DNA of 64,000 nt from Curvularia clavata (taxonomy: Eukaryota). Below are positions 1 to 11,474 of the stretch, piece after piece (position 1 is the first letter of the stretch; each line of letters starts with the position of its first letter). The stretch lies in assembly GCA_023920165.1 (NCBI GenBank), contig CP089277.1, forward strand, positions 3,906,001 to 3,970,000, given 5' to 3'. The notes beneath the pieces were generated by a model, which saw only the letters and a list, made by a program, of their open reading frames with translations, did no database searches and had not been told where the DNA came from. A program made the position numbers and the translations under genes.

Positions 1-303
1 TCCCGGCTGCACGTCTGGTGTGAACTCGAGGATGCATACTTCGTAGCTCATATGTGCATACCAGATTAGCGCTGTTCGTGCAAATGAGTCGCACGCATCG
101 AAGCTGGGTGCGATGTGCTCTGAGTGTCGGAAGGCGAAGAATACTAGGATGCCGAGGAAAAAGGTGGATAGCTTTCGGCCGAGTGGTGTGGAGGGAGGAA
201 AGGCGAGAGTGTAGATGGCATAAACAAAGGATGCCGTAGCTGGAATAAGTACAGGTATGGTATCGACTGGCTTCCAGTCGGGAATTACGTGGCGGCCAGG
301 CAT
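1..303 (-). CDS. 5' part of a membrane protein, truncated by the window edge; possibly MBOAT_2/Tri7-like O-acyltransferase (product tentative)
   Basis: ATG at 303 (minus) opens a stop-free frame to position 1: MPGRHVIPDWKPVDTIPVLIPATASFVYAIYTLAFPPSTPLGRKLSTFFLGILVFFAFRHSEH...ALIWYAHMSYEVCILEF, with several hydrophobic segments. Absent from the ORF track because it has no stop in the window. Family call is by impression only. Confidence 0.6.
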   Translation of the reverse strand, partial: MPGRHVIPDWKPVDTIPVLIPATASFVYAIYTLAFPPSTPLGRKLSTFFLGILVFFAFRHSEHIAPSFDACDSFARTALIWYAHMSYEVCILEFTPDVQPG

Positions 304-1339
304 TTTGAGGACGTGTACGCGTTATGCGTTGCACTGCTGCGATTTGGTGTGGTGCAGTATGTGTAGAAGGTAGAAGTAGTAGTGAGGGAATTACGGCATT
401 TTGTGCAGGCTGGCTTTTGCACGAGATGAACCTGGGTCCCTCGTTTCCTTGCCCGTGGTACGCTGTTGTGGGCAAACGCCTGAGGTGGAGTTAGGAAGGC
501 GGGCTCGTCCAATTCGCTTTCCTGAAAATGAAATCACTTGCACGCGTGGCGCAGATGATTTCACGATACCTCAAAAATAGCCCACCGTGTAGCTACCCGC
601 ACTCTTTCACTGGGCTGGTAGTGTAAGCACTGCTTCTGAACAGATTCGAAGTCGCATAATAAAGTCATGATAGGCGTTCACTACGTGAGAATAGGGAACT
701 CTGTATAGATGATAGGCTAGTGGTTTGGATGAATGCATTTCATTCAAACGTAAGCCAGTCTATCCAAATCTCAGTTCTTGCGGATGTTATATGAACTCAT
801 GAAGGCCATGCGGCTCAAAGCGATGCAAGAGCAAGCTATTTGGGAAGTTTACGCCGGCCAATCTCCATATCATTCTTATCCAGGTGCATTATCATACATG
901 GACATATTGGGTGCTTGCGCTCAAGCATTTTTGCTCTTCGTTTTGTATTATCAGGAGCGCGAACCACGATAGGTAACTGATTGTTTCATCCGAAAAGAGT
1001 CGCACGTGCTGAATTGTTTCAATGGAAGAGGGAGTCAGGTGATACCATTTCTGACGTTTGCAATGCTATCTGTTGTTAACTAAGCTGTTCAAGTACCCTG
1101 AATTGCTCGTGCTTCTATCACTTCCTTCGTTCCTAGAACATGACTAAGTTCAGAACCGTCCCTCTTACTATGAGTGAAGGTATCATCGTTGGTCGACTGT
1201 GTGCCCTTTAAATTCTATTTTGTAAGAGTATGTTGACTTTCCAAGGTATGTATTATTTTGAGACTATTATTGAAGTGTCTCAACTCTAGTATACTATCAT
1301 CGTACCCACACCATTACGCGAGTGCGACCAGTATCACGC

Positions 1340-2940
1340 GTACCGCTAAATCGAGAGCCTCCTAGGAGAAGGAGACATTGATCATCCTATAAGGTGTCAA
1401 GGGAAGAAGACCAATCCCAGACTACCAAATACCTAGCAAGTAGAAGCACTGCTCTAGTAGCGGTTACTCGGTTGATCAACTGCCGTTGAGGAAAGAACAA
1501 GTTAACCAGAAAGAGTAATCCAACATAGCGGAAACACGATCATGTCGTTAATACGGATGAACAGGGATGATGATGCTCAGCTTGGGGCATCATTGAGACA
1601 CTATAGGTGTCTTATTTATTCTCTGCACTGACAAATCCCACAGCTAACACTCGCGTTTGTATTTCTGCTTGATGTATGGGCACCTTACAGGAAAAGCTGT
1701 ATATCTATGATCCCCTATTCTGACCGGCGTATTCTTTCCGCCCAGATAAAGGAGAAATAGAGGGAAGAAGCAACCAAGCCTTGGCAAGCCACATTCGCTA
1801 GACGGGTGCAATCACCGCCACAACACGGTCCCGCCTCCCAAGAAATCGCCAAGTGGGGGAACAAATGAGTCGTAGAAGAGCGAGTAAGCACACGAACAAT
1901 AAGAACCAACAAAAAAGGGACTCGCAACGTTCAGGCACCTCTAGTTCCCTTCCGATGCAACAAAGACACGTAGAAAATAGGGGTTCTTGCCTACCGACGG
2001 TTGCGGAGCCGAAGTGTAACAGCACCGTTGAATCGCTCATCCCTGCCCTTTCCTCCGCTACAAAGATAGGACAAGGGGTCAATGACTACGCCACGGTTGC
2101 CCAGAGCGGCCACTTGGCTAACGGAGCGGGCGAGGACACGCATGTGTCGGCAGCCGAAGCTACGGGACAAGATGTTGAATGCCGCCGAGAAAATCATCAA
2201 TTCCGAATCGGAATCGAAAGGGGAGCAAGCATTGTGCAAGAATAGATAGAAATCCTATATTTGCCAACTGAATGCTGACGTGCGGTCAAACTCGCCCTGT
2301 ACTACAGTACTAAACGGCCCCCCACAAGCACCGCTACCTACTATTCTCGTCACCAACATTACATGTCACCAGCCACACCCCGCCTTACTTACCCGGTCGA
2401 TCCATTCCTATCCTGCATGTCCAGCCTGGGCCGCCAGTTCCGCCTCCAGCCACACAGAGCAGTACCAAGGCGGAAAACCCTGGTACCAGCACAAGACCTG
2501 TCCCAGTCCCGCAGCCTGTACGCAATATCGCCAAGTGCTGCTACCGCATGCAATCTAGTCTAGCGTGTCCTATAACCTATTCCCGGGAGACATGCAGCAA
2601 GAGAACCAGGAGCGGAACACGCCGCAGCGGCTAGGTAGAGCAGACCCAGAGAATCTCCCCCTCCTCCAAGGCTAGTAAACAGATGCCTAGCTAAGAAAAG
2701 CGCACATGTGTGCATGCATGGCATAGCGTGTATGGAATTTTTAGCCTTGGCAAGGAATACCCATCCTATGCGTATGCAGTCGAGGTCACAATCTGTGAAG
2801 GACCAAGAGAGTAGTACTGAAATCAGGACCACAATGTAACGAGAATTACATCATCAGGCATAGTAAGACGGCCTCAGCAACGCCAACGTTGCTTTAACGT
2901 AAAAAGTCGGACAAGACTAGCTCATAAAGCATAACGTGAA
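1340..2940 (+). pseudogene. possible decayed coding relic, boundaries approximate
   Basis: Protein-like reading segments are broken by TAG/TAA where Gln would fit: IESLLGEGDIDH..NT*QVEALL**RL, ILSAQIKEK*REEATKPW, Pro-rich QPGPPVPPPATQSSTK..RSG*VEQ. The frame changes between segments. No family recognised. Confidence 0.25.
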
Positions 2941-3617
2941 AACCATACAATTCTATTAGGACACTGTTTCTTTCAACTGAATGGCTCTTAGACCTGTTCA
3001 CTCTCGTGCCGAAAAGTCTGATCTCATCAATCTACCGCATTCGTGGACTTACTTGAAACACAACGGCCAGAATGACCGACTCTGGTGATTAGGTGGTACC
3101 GGTGTACCCTTCTGCTTCGGCTCCGCCCGAGCCACACCATTCTTTTTACCTACCAAGGGCTTCACCGGTTGCTTCGTCTTCGGAACACCCGATTCTAACT
3201 GTTGTCAGTTCCGGTAACTCTTACCAGCGATAGAATTTCCTCTTCGTCTTGAAGCCGACGAGTAATTAGCCAGGGAGCGACCAGAGTTTGATCATCTCAG
3301 CTATAGACTTCATCTCATGAGCTCCTTGACTTTGCGTAGACTTGGTATGCAGACCTCCCGTTCGGGTCGAGTGCGAGATCTGCTTCCGGAGGAATAACAA
3401 AGCCACAAACCCACCTTTTAGCATAGAGAGATCGTGTGCAAAGTGAGAGCGGTGTACAACTTCGTCTAGTTACGCCAACCGCGGGGCCGAGTTCAGAGTA
3501 GATCACTTATCACAGAGATAAATGCGACGTCTATACATTCAGCTCTGCAGCATCTTGTCTACCACCAATCCTTGCCTACATCTCTTTTTCCCTATACTTA
3601 CATACACCGACGTTACA

Positions 3618-4167
3618 ATGCAGCTGTCACTCTTCGCCCTCCTCGCCCTCATTGGCACTTCAGCAGCCCAGGTGGTAGTATGCACTGCTGTTGACGAAGG
3701 CGCATATTGCGTTACAGAGAGTGTAAGTTGCATCAAAAGAAAGCGGGAGAGCAAGTCCATACTAACCTTACTACTAGGGAAAACTAGGCAAGTGTGTAAG
3801 TGCAGACTACCCAGAAGAGTAACACATCCAAAAAGCTAACATGAAGCCATAGGACGTACGTATCTCCGCAACTCAACGAACACAGCTAGCACCAGGCTAA
3901 CTAAAGCGCTACCTGCGCATACTCGAACAGGCAGTATGTACCTCTCGCATCTCAATTGACGTTGCAGTGATCATTAGACTAACCAATACGCTTCCACTTG
4001 TAGGACAAAGTAAGCATTTCCCTGACTTGGTTAATGAAGCCGTTGAACTTGGAGAAAACACCATACTAATCAAAGCGCCTGCTTGTGCGTGCTGGAATAG
4101 TTTGTGAGTACTTGGACATGGTCTAAAGTGAGATTGGTCTAACGACTTCTAGTGCGTGGCCAGTTAG
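3618..4167 (+). CDS. micro-exon gene for a small secreted cysteine-rich peptide (50 aa: MQLSLFALLALIGTSAAQVVVCTAVDEGAYCVTESGKLGKCDADKFCVAS)
   Basis: Exons 3618-3722, 3778-3795, 3853-3855, 3931-3933, 4004-4009, 4101-4103, 4153-4167. Six introns have consensus donors (GTAAGT, GTAAGT, GTACGT, GTATGT, GTAAGC, GTGAGT), CTAAY branch sites and YAG acceptors. All are phase 0. The product has a signal peptide ending SAA|Q, four Cys and stop TAG 4165-4167. Confidence 0.8.
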
Positions 4168-5655
4168 AGACTTTACCGCCTATCTACCCAAGAAATGTCC
4201 CGGATGGAAAAGATCACAGGCTCTTTACGGGGGGATTGAAGCTCGTCCGACTAGGCTAGGAGTGTGAGAAGCTGTGTATGAGGACGAGAATAATCAGATG
4301 TTGATATGCTTGTTTTCTGTCCACTTTACCGGCATTTGGAGGAGAGTTGGAGAGGGTTACGTAGCAAGGCGCGGTATTCTGCTACCAGTATAAAAATACA
4401 TTCTAATCGCCCCAACGCGGTACCTTGTGTAGCCACATGTGCTAAGAAGAGGAAACACCGCAGACGCAGACGCTGTGCCTCTGTCTTCTTACCTGCTTGC
4501 ACACCGTATATATAGTACTCACCGCAAGCTTACGGCCATCCTATCTTACCCTCGATACCCCTACCACCCATGCACCCCTTCATCCCGAACCTTAACCCGC
4601 CAGCCGCACATAAGCTGACCTCATCCACATTTTGACTTCCCGCTCGACCCCTACCCACTCGTCCTAAATTAATCTCCCATCTAATATGTAATCAGTGGGC
4701 CAACAAGCATGGCCGAGCAAAACCGTCCAGCAAGCCAAACAAGGGTACGTGCATCGCGAAGGAACGTATCTAGACAAAAAGAGGTTGACAAGGGTACGTT
4801 GTGGATGTGTGTGGGGGTGTCCATACTACCCATACCTACGTCATTAAGCATGCACTTGCGGGAGGTGTTGCCAAAAACCATGTTTTTTTTTCCACTCTGC
4901 TCCAGCGGGATCTTTCGTAGTTGGATTCTTGGCCGAGGCATTTCTGCTAAAATCCGTGCATATGCCGGTATTGAATAAGTTTTATTTTATGCAAAAAGAC
5001 GTAATGACTCTCTCTCTGTTTTGGTTGACTTGTTGTGTAGCCGCTCTCTCGGGAATAAAACTACGATTCTGCCGCGTGACTGGACAACAGACCCGCCCGT
5101 GTTTAGCGCAATTTTTTTCCCGCTACGTATCTCCACGTTGGCTGGGGAAGAAAGCGAGATTAAGAAAACAGGGTTGGTTAGTGACCCGGAATGGTAGAAG
5201 CAAACAGTATGAATGACATCATATCACCAAGCCCATTCAAACACATGGACAACCGTTGGATTCAATGTTTTGATTTTGGTTGGAAATTAATAGTTTGGCG
5301 GGTTTTGTTCGAACGCGCTTTTTCTACATACAGGAGTGTGCTGTGCCGATCGTTCTGAGATGCAGGCAAGCAAACGGTTTGCTCCATCTAGGTTCGCATT
5401 GCATCTGATGTTGTTTGTCAACTCCTGTTTAGTCCAAATGAAAAACTCCATGAAAATGCAAATAAGACTGGTATCCGCCGATAATTGGAAAAAGACCCCA
5501 AACAAAAGAAATCGTTACCCTGAACAAAAAGAAAAGAACAACAGAAAAAAGTATCTTGGAGATGGGACCGGACCGCTGCCGGAGGTTCTCATTTGTTTCT
5601 CCGGGGCGTGGTTCCGTGGTTGTTGATAGTTGTTTGATAAATCGTGCATGGCTGC

Positions 5656-7095
5656 TTAGGCCATGTTTGCGGCGCCGTGCTTCTCGTCCTCATTCTTCTC
5701 AAACATGGTATCCTCCAGCCACTTGGTAGCTTTGGCGCACTGTGCGTCGACATAAGTGGTCCAGAGATGGGCAATGGTGTACTCGACGACGAAAAAGAGG
5801 GGAATGGCAATTGTCCAGACGAGCCAGTTGGTGGTCCTGGGAATATAGTGTTGAATAGCCTCGCCTTGGCCGTCCTTTGGCTCCTCAACGTAGTAGGGCG
5901 CGGTGCTGAATCCGTAGATCAATCGTGCAAGGCCAACCTTCATGACCGTTCCGTGCGTGAGGTAAACGGCAAAGCTGTTGCGACCGACCCACATGAAGAG
6001 CTTGTTGGAGAAGATGCTCTGGAGAGAAGGCGACAGCCAGATGCCAGTGACCATGAGATCCCATCCGATGGCGGTCCAGCGCTTGGGGTAGCTTGCCGCG
6101 CCTTGGGGAATGATGTAGTCTCCAATGTTTTTGAGCTGGACAGACCAGGTAGCCCACTCCCAGTGCTCTCCGGGGTAGCACGCCACATACCAGCCGAGGA
6201 TGATGAGGAAAGCTGTAGCAAATCGGCGGGCCTTGACGCGGGAGTTGATGAAGTCGCGGAAGCCCCTCTCGGATCCGACGTCGCAGAGGATGACACCGTA
6301 AAGGAATTGGCACTCAAAGGTTTCTACCACATGTTAGCCGAAAATTGGGTGTTTTGACAGGTGTGACATACCCTTCTCGGGGCTTGTGCGCATCCAGTAC
6401 CAGAGGAACAAGACGACACAGGTGAAAAGGCGCATGCGGAACTTCATGAAAACGGTGGCGAACAAGAGGATGTATATGAGAAAGGCACCCTGAAGCAGAG
6501 GCAGGAGAGCCCATTGGTGATCGTCGTATTCGTTGTTGGAACCAGACCAGGAGCCCTGGAAGTTCCTGATCAATCGTGGGATTTCGGTGTCGAGGCCGCC
6601 AATGTTGTGAGGAACGGAGCGGCGGAACCAGTGCGAGTCACTGAGGTGGGCGATTTCAAAAGCGCCTAGCTGAGCAAAGGTCCAGGCAATAACGAGGGCA
6701 ATGGTGGCGGGCATGATCAATCGAGGTGGGCGGCGGAAGGCCGACTTGCCCAGTGTCTCCAAGGCGGCCGGGATGTTTCCAGACTTTGCCTGTCGGAGAG
6801 GCTTGATGGCGCAAACATAGCCAGTGAGGAAGGCGAACATGGTTACGCCGATACGGCCTTGGAAAGGCAAGCGAATAAAGGGCAGTTGAAGCAATTGGGG
6901 AGCTGCGTTCTCGCTATCGCGCGGCGACCAGAGGCTGTAGTCCCATGCCCGGCACAAGTGGGTTACGACGACCCAGAAGGAGGCTACACCACGAACACCC
7001 TGGAAATGGTTAGATGTGAGAAGAATGGGGACGATAAGATTAGGTCGACTGCGTACCTCTACCCAGGTGACATTCTGGCGACCACCCGACGACAT
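5656..7095 (-). CDS. acyltransferase 3 family multi-pass membrane O-acyltransferase
   Basis: N-terminal 'WVEGVRGVASFWVVVTH' (DGLRG-type motif), 'FAFLTGYV', 'RRPPRL', C-terminal 'GRNSFAVYLTH'. Introns 7000-7056 and 6324-6371 join ORFs 6334..7194 and 5656..6330. An upstream in-frame Met (7188/7194) is possible. Confidence 0.9.
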
Positions 7096-8387
7096 CTTGC
7101 CTGGACCGGCGGCAGGCTCTAAGGGAGTTGCAAGGCTGGAGATGGTGGCGCGAGCGAGCGACAACGGTGCCTTTGTGATCAAAGACATGTGCATGCAGAA
7201 GATTGCTGGGGGTGCTCAGCGAAGGTAAGGAAACAAGGATGGAAAAGTAGGAAAGAAACAAGAGCGATTGGAAGCAACTATAGCAGCTGCATTGGAGTGG
7301 GTTAAAGTTGGACCAAGAAGGAAGTTAAGGCATCATCGGGGTGCAAAGCAAGTTGGCATGGGCAAAGACGGCTTCTCGGATGGGGCGTCTTGGCGGGATA
7401 TCGAAGTGTGTCGAGCCAGGCCCCAGTGTAATTGGCTGTGGGTTGAAAGGGGGAACAAGCGCCGATTGTGCATGGGGGGCCGCGTCATAATGCTCGGCGG
7501 GTGTTGAAAGGCGTCCCCACCGGTTTCAGGGCATGGAAGCTTGGCAATCAACAGCCGCATGGACAGGACAGGCTGTGGCGGTGATGCGGTCAAATCAATC
7601 TGTCCCACACAAGTTGCCTTCTGGCGGAGCGGTGCCGAGTTCCGCTCAGCCCAAGCACGACGGCGTGGCGGGCCTCTTGGACGCCCCGTGCTGCTATGTG
7701 TGTGGGATGGATGTTGGTGTGCTTGGAGTGCCATTGTGTGCATGCATGCAGCCTGTCATGTGGCGCAAAGACGACGCGGTTGAGCCACATGAGGCCTGAG
7801 TAGGGGCGGGATCGTCGACCACATTAGCCAGTTGCCGCTGTTTGATGTGTATCGAGGCCGCGCAATGGTGGGTGTAGATAGATGGCCCTGTTCCCCCGGA
7901 GGACGAGGCGTACGTGTACACGGGCACGCAACTGTCGACGCAGCCCGTCGACGCGTTGTCGTTGAAATGAGAAAAAGGGTGAGAGAAATGAGGCTCTGCA
8001 GAATGCATGCGGGTGCGGCTCTTGCCTTGCTCTTGGCCTTGGAAGCAGTAGGCGCGCCCTTGGCCCCCCACCTGCCAACAACAACTGCAGTCGCACCTTC
8101 CCTCCAGCCTCCCAGTGGCGCGCCCTAGCTTAGCCCGGCGCCACAACCACACGACCACAACACAACAGACCACACCGCACCAGACGACGCACCATTTACT
8201 CGCAATGTGCTAAACACGTCCACTTCGCCCAAGCAATCCAGCAATACCATGTCTCCGCCGTGTCCTTGGCACCATCAGCCCTGATGTCATTGCGTTGCTT
8301 TGCATTGCTTGCTTTCTTGCTTATCTTCTCCCAGCCCAACTACAGCCTCAGCTACGCAAAGCTACTCTACATTGGCCGCTGCATGCC

Positions 8388-9587
8388 CTAGTGATTCTTC
8401 TCAACAATCTCCTTGGCAAAGGCTGCAAAGTCGCGCCTCTCGTCCACCTTCTCCCACAGATTCGGTTGCGTAAACACCGCCAGCGTGTTCCTAGCCACCT
8501 GACCTCCCCCAGCCCCCGCTGCAGCGCCCCGCACAAAGTGAGGTACTGCCTTGAATTTGCCCTTGGTGATAATCTCCAGCGCCTCGCCAGTTTGGAACGC
8601 CAGACAGTCGCGCGGAATGCTGACCTTGGTCACGGCTCCTGTGCGCGAGTGGATGTAGAGACCCGCTTTCGGGTCTGGGGATCGCTCCAGTTCCTCGAGC
8701 GGTGCAAAGGATGCGCCCGTCTGCGGCGGATTCGCAGCTTCATCCACAAACATGGCCGATGTCAGCCCGGTCAGGCACCCATGGTCAAGGTGTGTAGCAC
8801 ACCAGTCATCCTCGTCCCCGCTAGAAATTTCCGACTCGGACGCAGGACTGGGGAAGTAATGTAACAGTCGCGCCTTGGTCGACACGCTCGTCTTGACTAC
8901 ATGCTCGAGGTACCCCCTCTGGTAGCCCTCAATGTTGGCTTCGGCGTACTTGTCGCATGCTCGGGCTACCAGCGCAGCAATGTCGATAATCAGCGTGCAG
9001 AGCTCGCGGAAAGTCTCTTCGAAGCCTGGCAGCAGATGCTCCGAGGGCCACACGTTAGGTGCCGTGTACTCTGGGAATGAGGGGTATTTCTCGGCCACTG
9101 CCTTTTGCTGCTGCTCAAACCCAGGCGCGCAGTTCACGTAGTAGGAGCCTTTGAGCGTGTCATATTTGCCATCTTTCAACGTCTCTTTGCCGCATGACCA
9201 TCCAACCAGCCACTTGGACGCGGGAGACTCAAGTTTTGCTGATATGCGTCAACTCTGCATCGTCAACTCGGCACATGGATGCTTACCCAACTCCTCTTGA
9301 GACAAGTTTCCAAGAGCAGATGCGTATGACAACAGTCTGTGGCGCAGGCCATGGAATTTGGCAGGAAGGTCCTTGACAACAATAATGCCCAAGCTTGCGG
9401 GTCCAAATGCCTCCTCTAGCAATGTGAAGTCGACGTCATCTGCAAATGCCACCATCAGCCATTTTTGTCCCTTGCCTGCGTGCACCTGCAGACACACTAC
9501 AGCCACCAACCACTACTTACTGTTGCGGAGAGCATCGAGTCCGACAGCGACAGCGCTCTGGCTCACTGCAGCGTTAGCGTTGGCCAT
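8388..9587 (-). CDS. 2-oxoglutarate/Fe(II)-dependent dioxygenase (clavaminate synthase/IPNS-like fold)
   Basis: Three exons: MANANAAVSQ.. / ..LEEAFGPASLGIIVVKDLP.. / ..LVGWSCGKETLKDGKYDTLKGSYY... Has HxD (THLDHGCLT), distal His (AVPHFV) and 'RNTLAVF'. Two canonical introns. Confidence 0.9.
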
Positions 9588-9796
9588 GTTTATTGCTCAA
9601 AAGATGCTTAGGATCCGACGACGACGATGCACTACGTCGTTGATTCTGTCACTTTATCGTCCTTCTGTAGCGCACGACTGGGGCTGGCCTGACCTTGGAG
9701 TGCGACCGGCACCTGCCTGATTTGCCCCAGCCTCGGCCATCTCCGATCTCTCAACTCCGACGCCACACCTTACTACCACGACCAAGTACCGCCAAC

Positions 9797-10664
9797 ATGC
9801 CCAAAGCACTCCATTTCAAAGGCGACAAGAAAGTCAAGAAGCGCAGAAAGGTTGCCGAGCCATATGATGCCGACGACGCACACTCGAAGCAGGTCACGAC
9901 CACCGCGCCTGCAGAGGCCGAGAACGACGATTCTTGGGTCAGCGCAGATGTGCCCAGCGACATTTCCGGACCCGTTGTCATAGTTCTCCCAACAGACAAA
10001 CCGGCCTGTCTGGCATGCGACGCAAACGGCAAGGTTTTTGCTAGCGAATTGGAAAATATCATCGAGGGCGACGTTGCGACTGCCGAACCGCATGATGTGC
10101 GTCAGGTCTTTGTCGCGAATCGCGTCGCAGGTACAGAGCAGTTGAGTTTGAAAGGCCATCACGGCAGGTACGACGACAGCCTAAGCATTCGAGGGCCTTG
10201 GCTATTGCATGGCATCTGACTTACTCGTCTCTAGATACCTTAGCTGTGACAAGTACGGTGTCCTGAGTGCCACCGCAACTGCAATCTCTCCCGAAGAGAC
10301 CTTTCTCGCCATTCCCGTCCCTGACAACGCCTCTGCATTTTCGCTGCAAACTGCGCGCGACAAGTTTCTCAGTGTACACGAGTCCAAGGCCGGCCCTGAG
10401 CTCCGCGGCGACGCAGAACATATTGAGTTCCCTACTACCCTCCGTATACGCATGCAGGCGCGCTTCAAGCCGCGCCTCAAAGCAAGCAAGGAAGAAAAGG
10501 CAAACGCCAAGGTTAGCCGCAAGGAGCTGGAAGAACAAATCGGGCGCCGCCTCGATGACGCTGAAGTCAAGAAGCTGCGCAAGGCTAAAGCCGAAGGAAA
10601 CTTTTACGAGACAGCCCTGGATATGAAAGTAAAGTCTAGCCACGACAAGTACGCCAGCATGTGA
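9797..10664 (+). CDS. FRG1: FRG1-like (fascin/actin-crosslinking fold) nuclear protein
   Basis: MPKALHFKGDKKVKKRRK N-terminus, 'AEPHDVRQVFVA', 'LKGHHGRYLSCDKYG' across one intron, 'RIRMQARFKP', and C-terminal 'LDMKVKSSHDKYA'. Confidence 0.9.
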
Positions 10665-11474
10665 AGGGAAATAGAGCGATCTAGCCATTCTCCTCCCACG
10701 CGGGGACAGGCATGTCCATGACAGTGCTAGCCTTGACAAGAAAACGATCAAGCATCTTTTCTCCCCCGCCTTTTCGTGCGTGTGTAAACGCCACACAATG
10801 CATAAACCACAGATCTTGAGATCTTAACCGCAAACAACGTTACCAGGCCTGCGCGGTCCGACCTTATGCGTTATGCTCTAGATGCTGTTTCGAAGCACTA
10901 GCGCCATACGTACTTCACCCTTTGTGCCTGAATGGCTACGAGCACGTTTTTCTTAATGCGATACACAACTAACCCCGCATTTACACTGCCCAAGACTTGC
11001 GTGGGATAGACGAGGTGGACTCGTATGTTGGTATGCGGATTTGGTAATGGGAAGGCGGACACGTCAGACAGATATTGCTCGCGACGAGTTTGCGGCTTAA
11101 CTCGAGGCAACTGGGTAGGTAATACGATAGTCAACTCGTGATGTAGAGTCACGGCAATAAAAATGGTTTTACTACACACGCGTGCGCATACGTACACATG
11201 CACTTACACATACACATCCGTGGAGGAGCGTTAGACTAACACGTCTCCCTTGTTCTTAGAAGATATGCCATGATGAATCCTCGCCTTGAACTAATTGCCC
11301 ATCTACAACTTTTGTTTCTCTTAGATACTCTCAACACCAACACACCAGGGGAATATATCATATTTCTCTCTGGAAGAATTGTTCTATTAACAACACTTGG
11401 GGTCTGTTTCCCCAAAGGAATCTAATAGGTTATTGACACCCACCAAGTCCTCATCTATACACCCTTCACACTCT

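Noticed and set aside
529..563. Inverted repeat TGAAATCA...TGATTTCA
   Set aside because: 8-bp arms are expected by chance in 64 kb; no target-site duplication or other MITE features seen.
3721..3800. GT-GTAAGT junctions as possible stwintrons (nested introns)
   Set aside because: Removing the inner intron would create GTGGAA or GTGACG, which are poor donors. The plain micro-exon model keeps frame.
3522..3839. 105-aa ORF from the ORF track
   Set aside because: It is exons 1-2 of the micro-exon gene read with 5' leader and intron sequence. The signal peptide begins at the internal Met 3618 and strong donors follow at 3723 and 3796.
5644..6357. Long antisense ORFs (also 22235-23053, 45073-45684, 58099-58785, 59747-60418)
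   Set aside because: Shadow frames opposite well-supported, codon-biased genes; no motifs of their own.
11171..11217. Alternating purine-pyrimidine tract (Z-DNA-like)
   Set aside because: Short, imperfect and intergenic; no further support.
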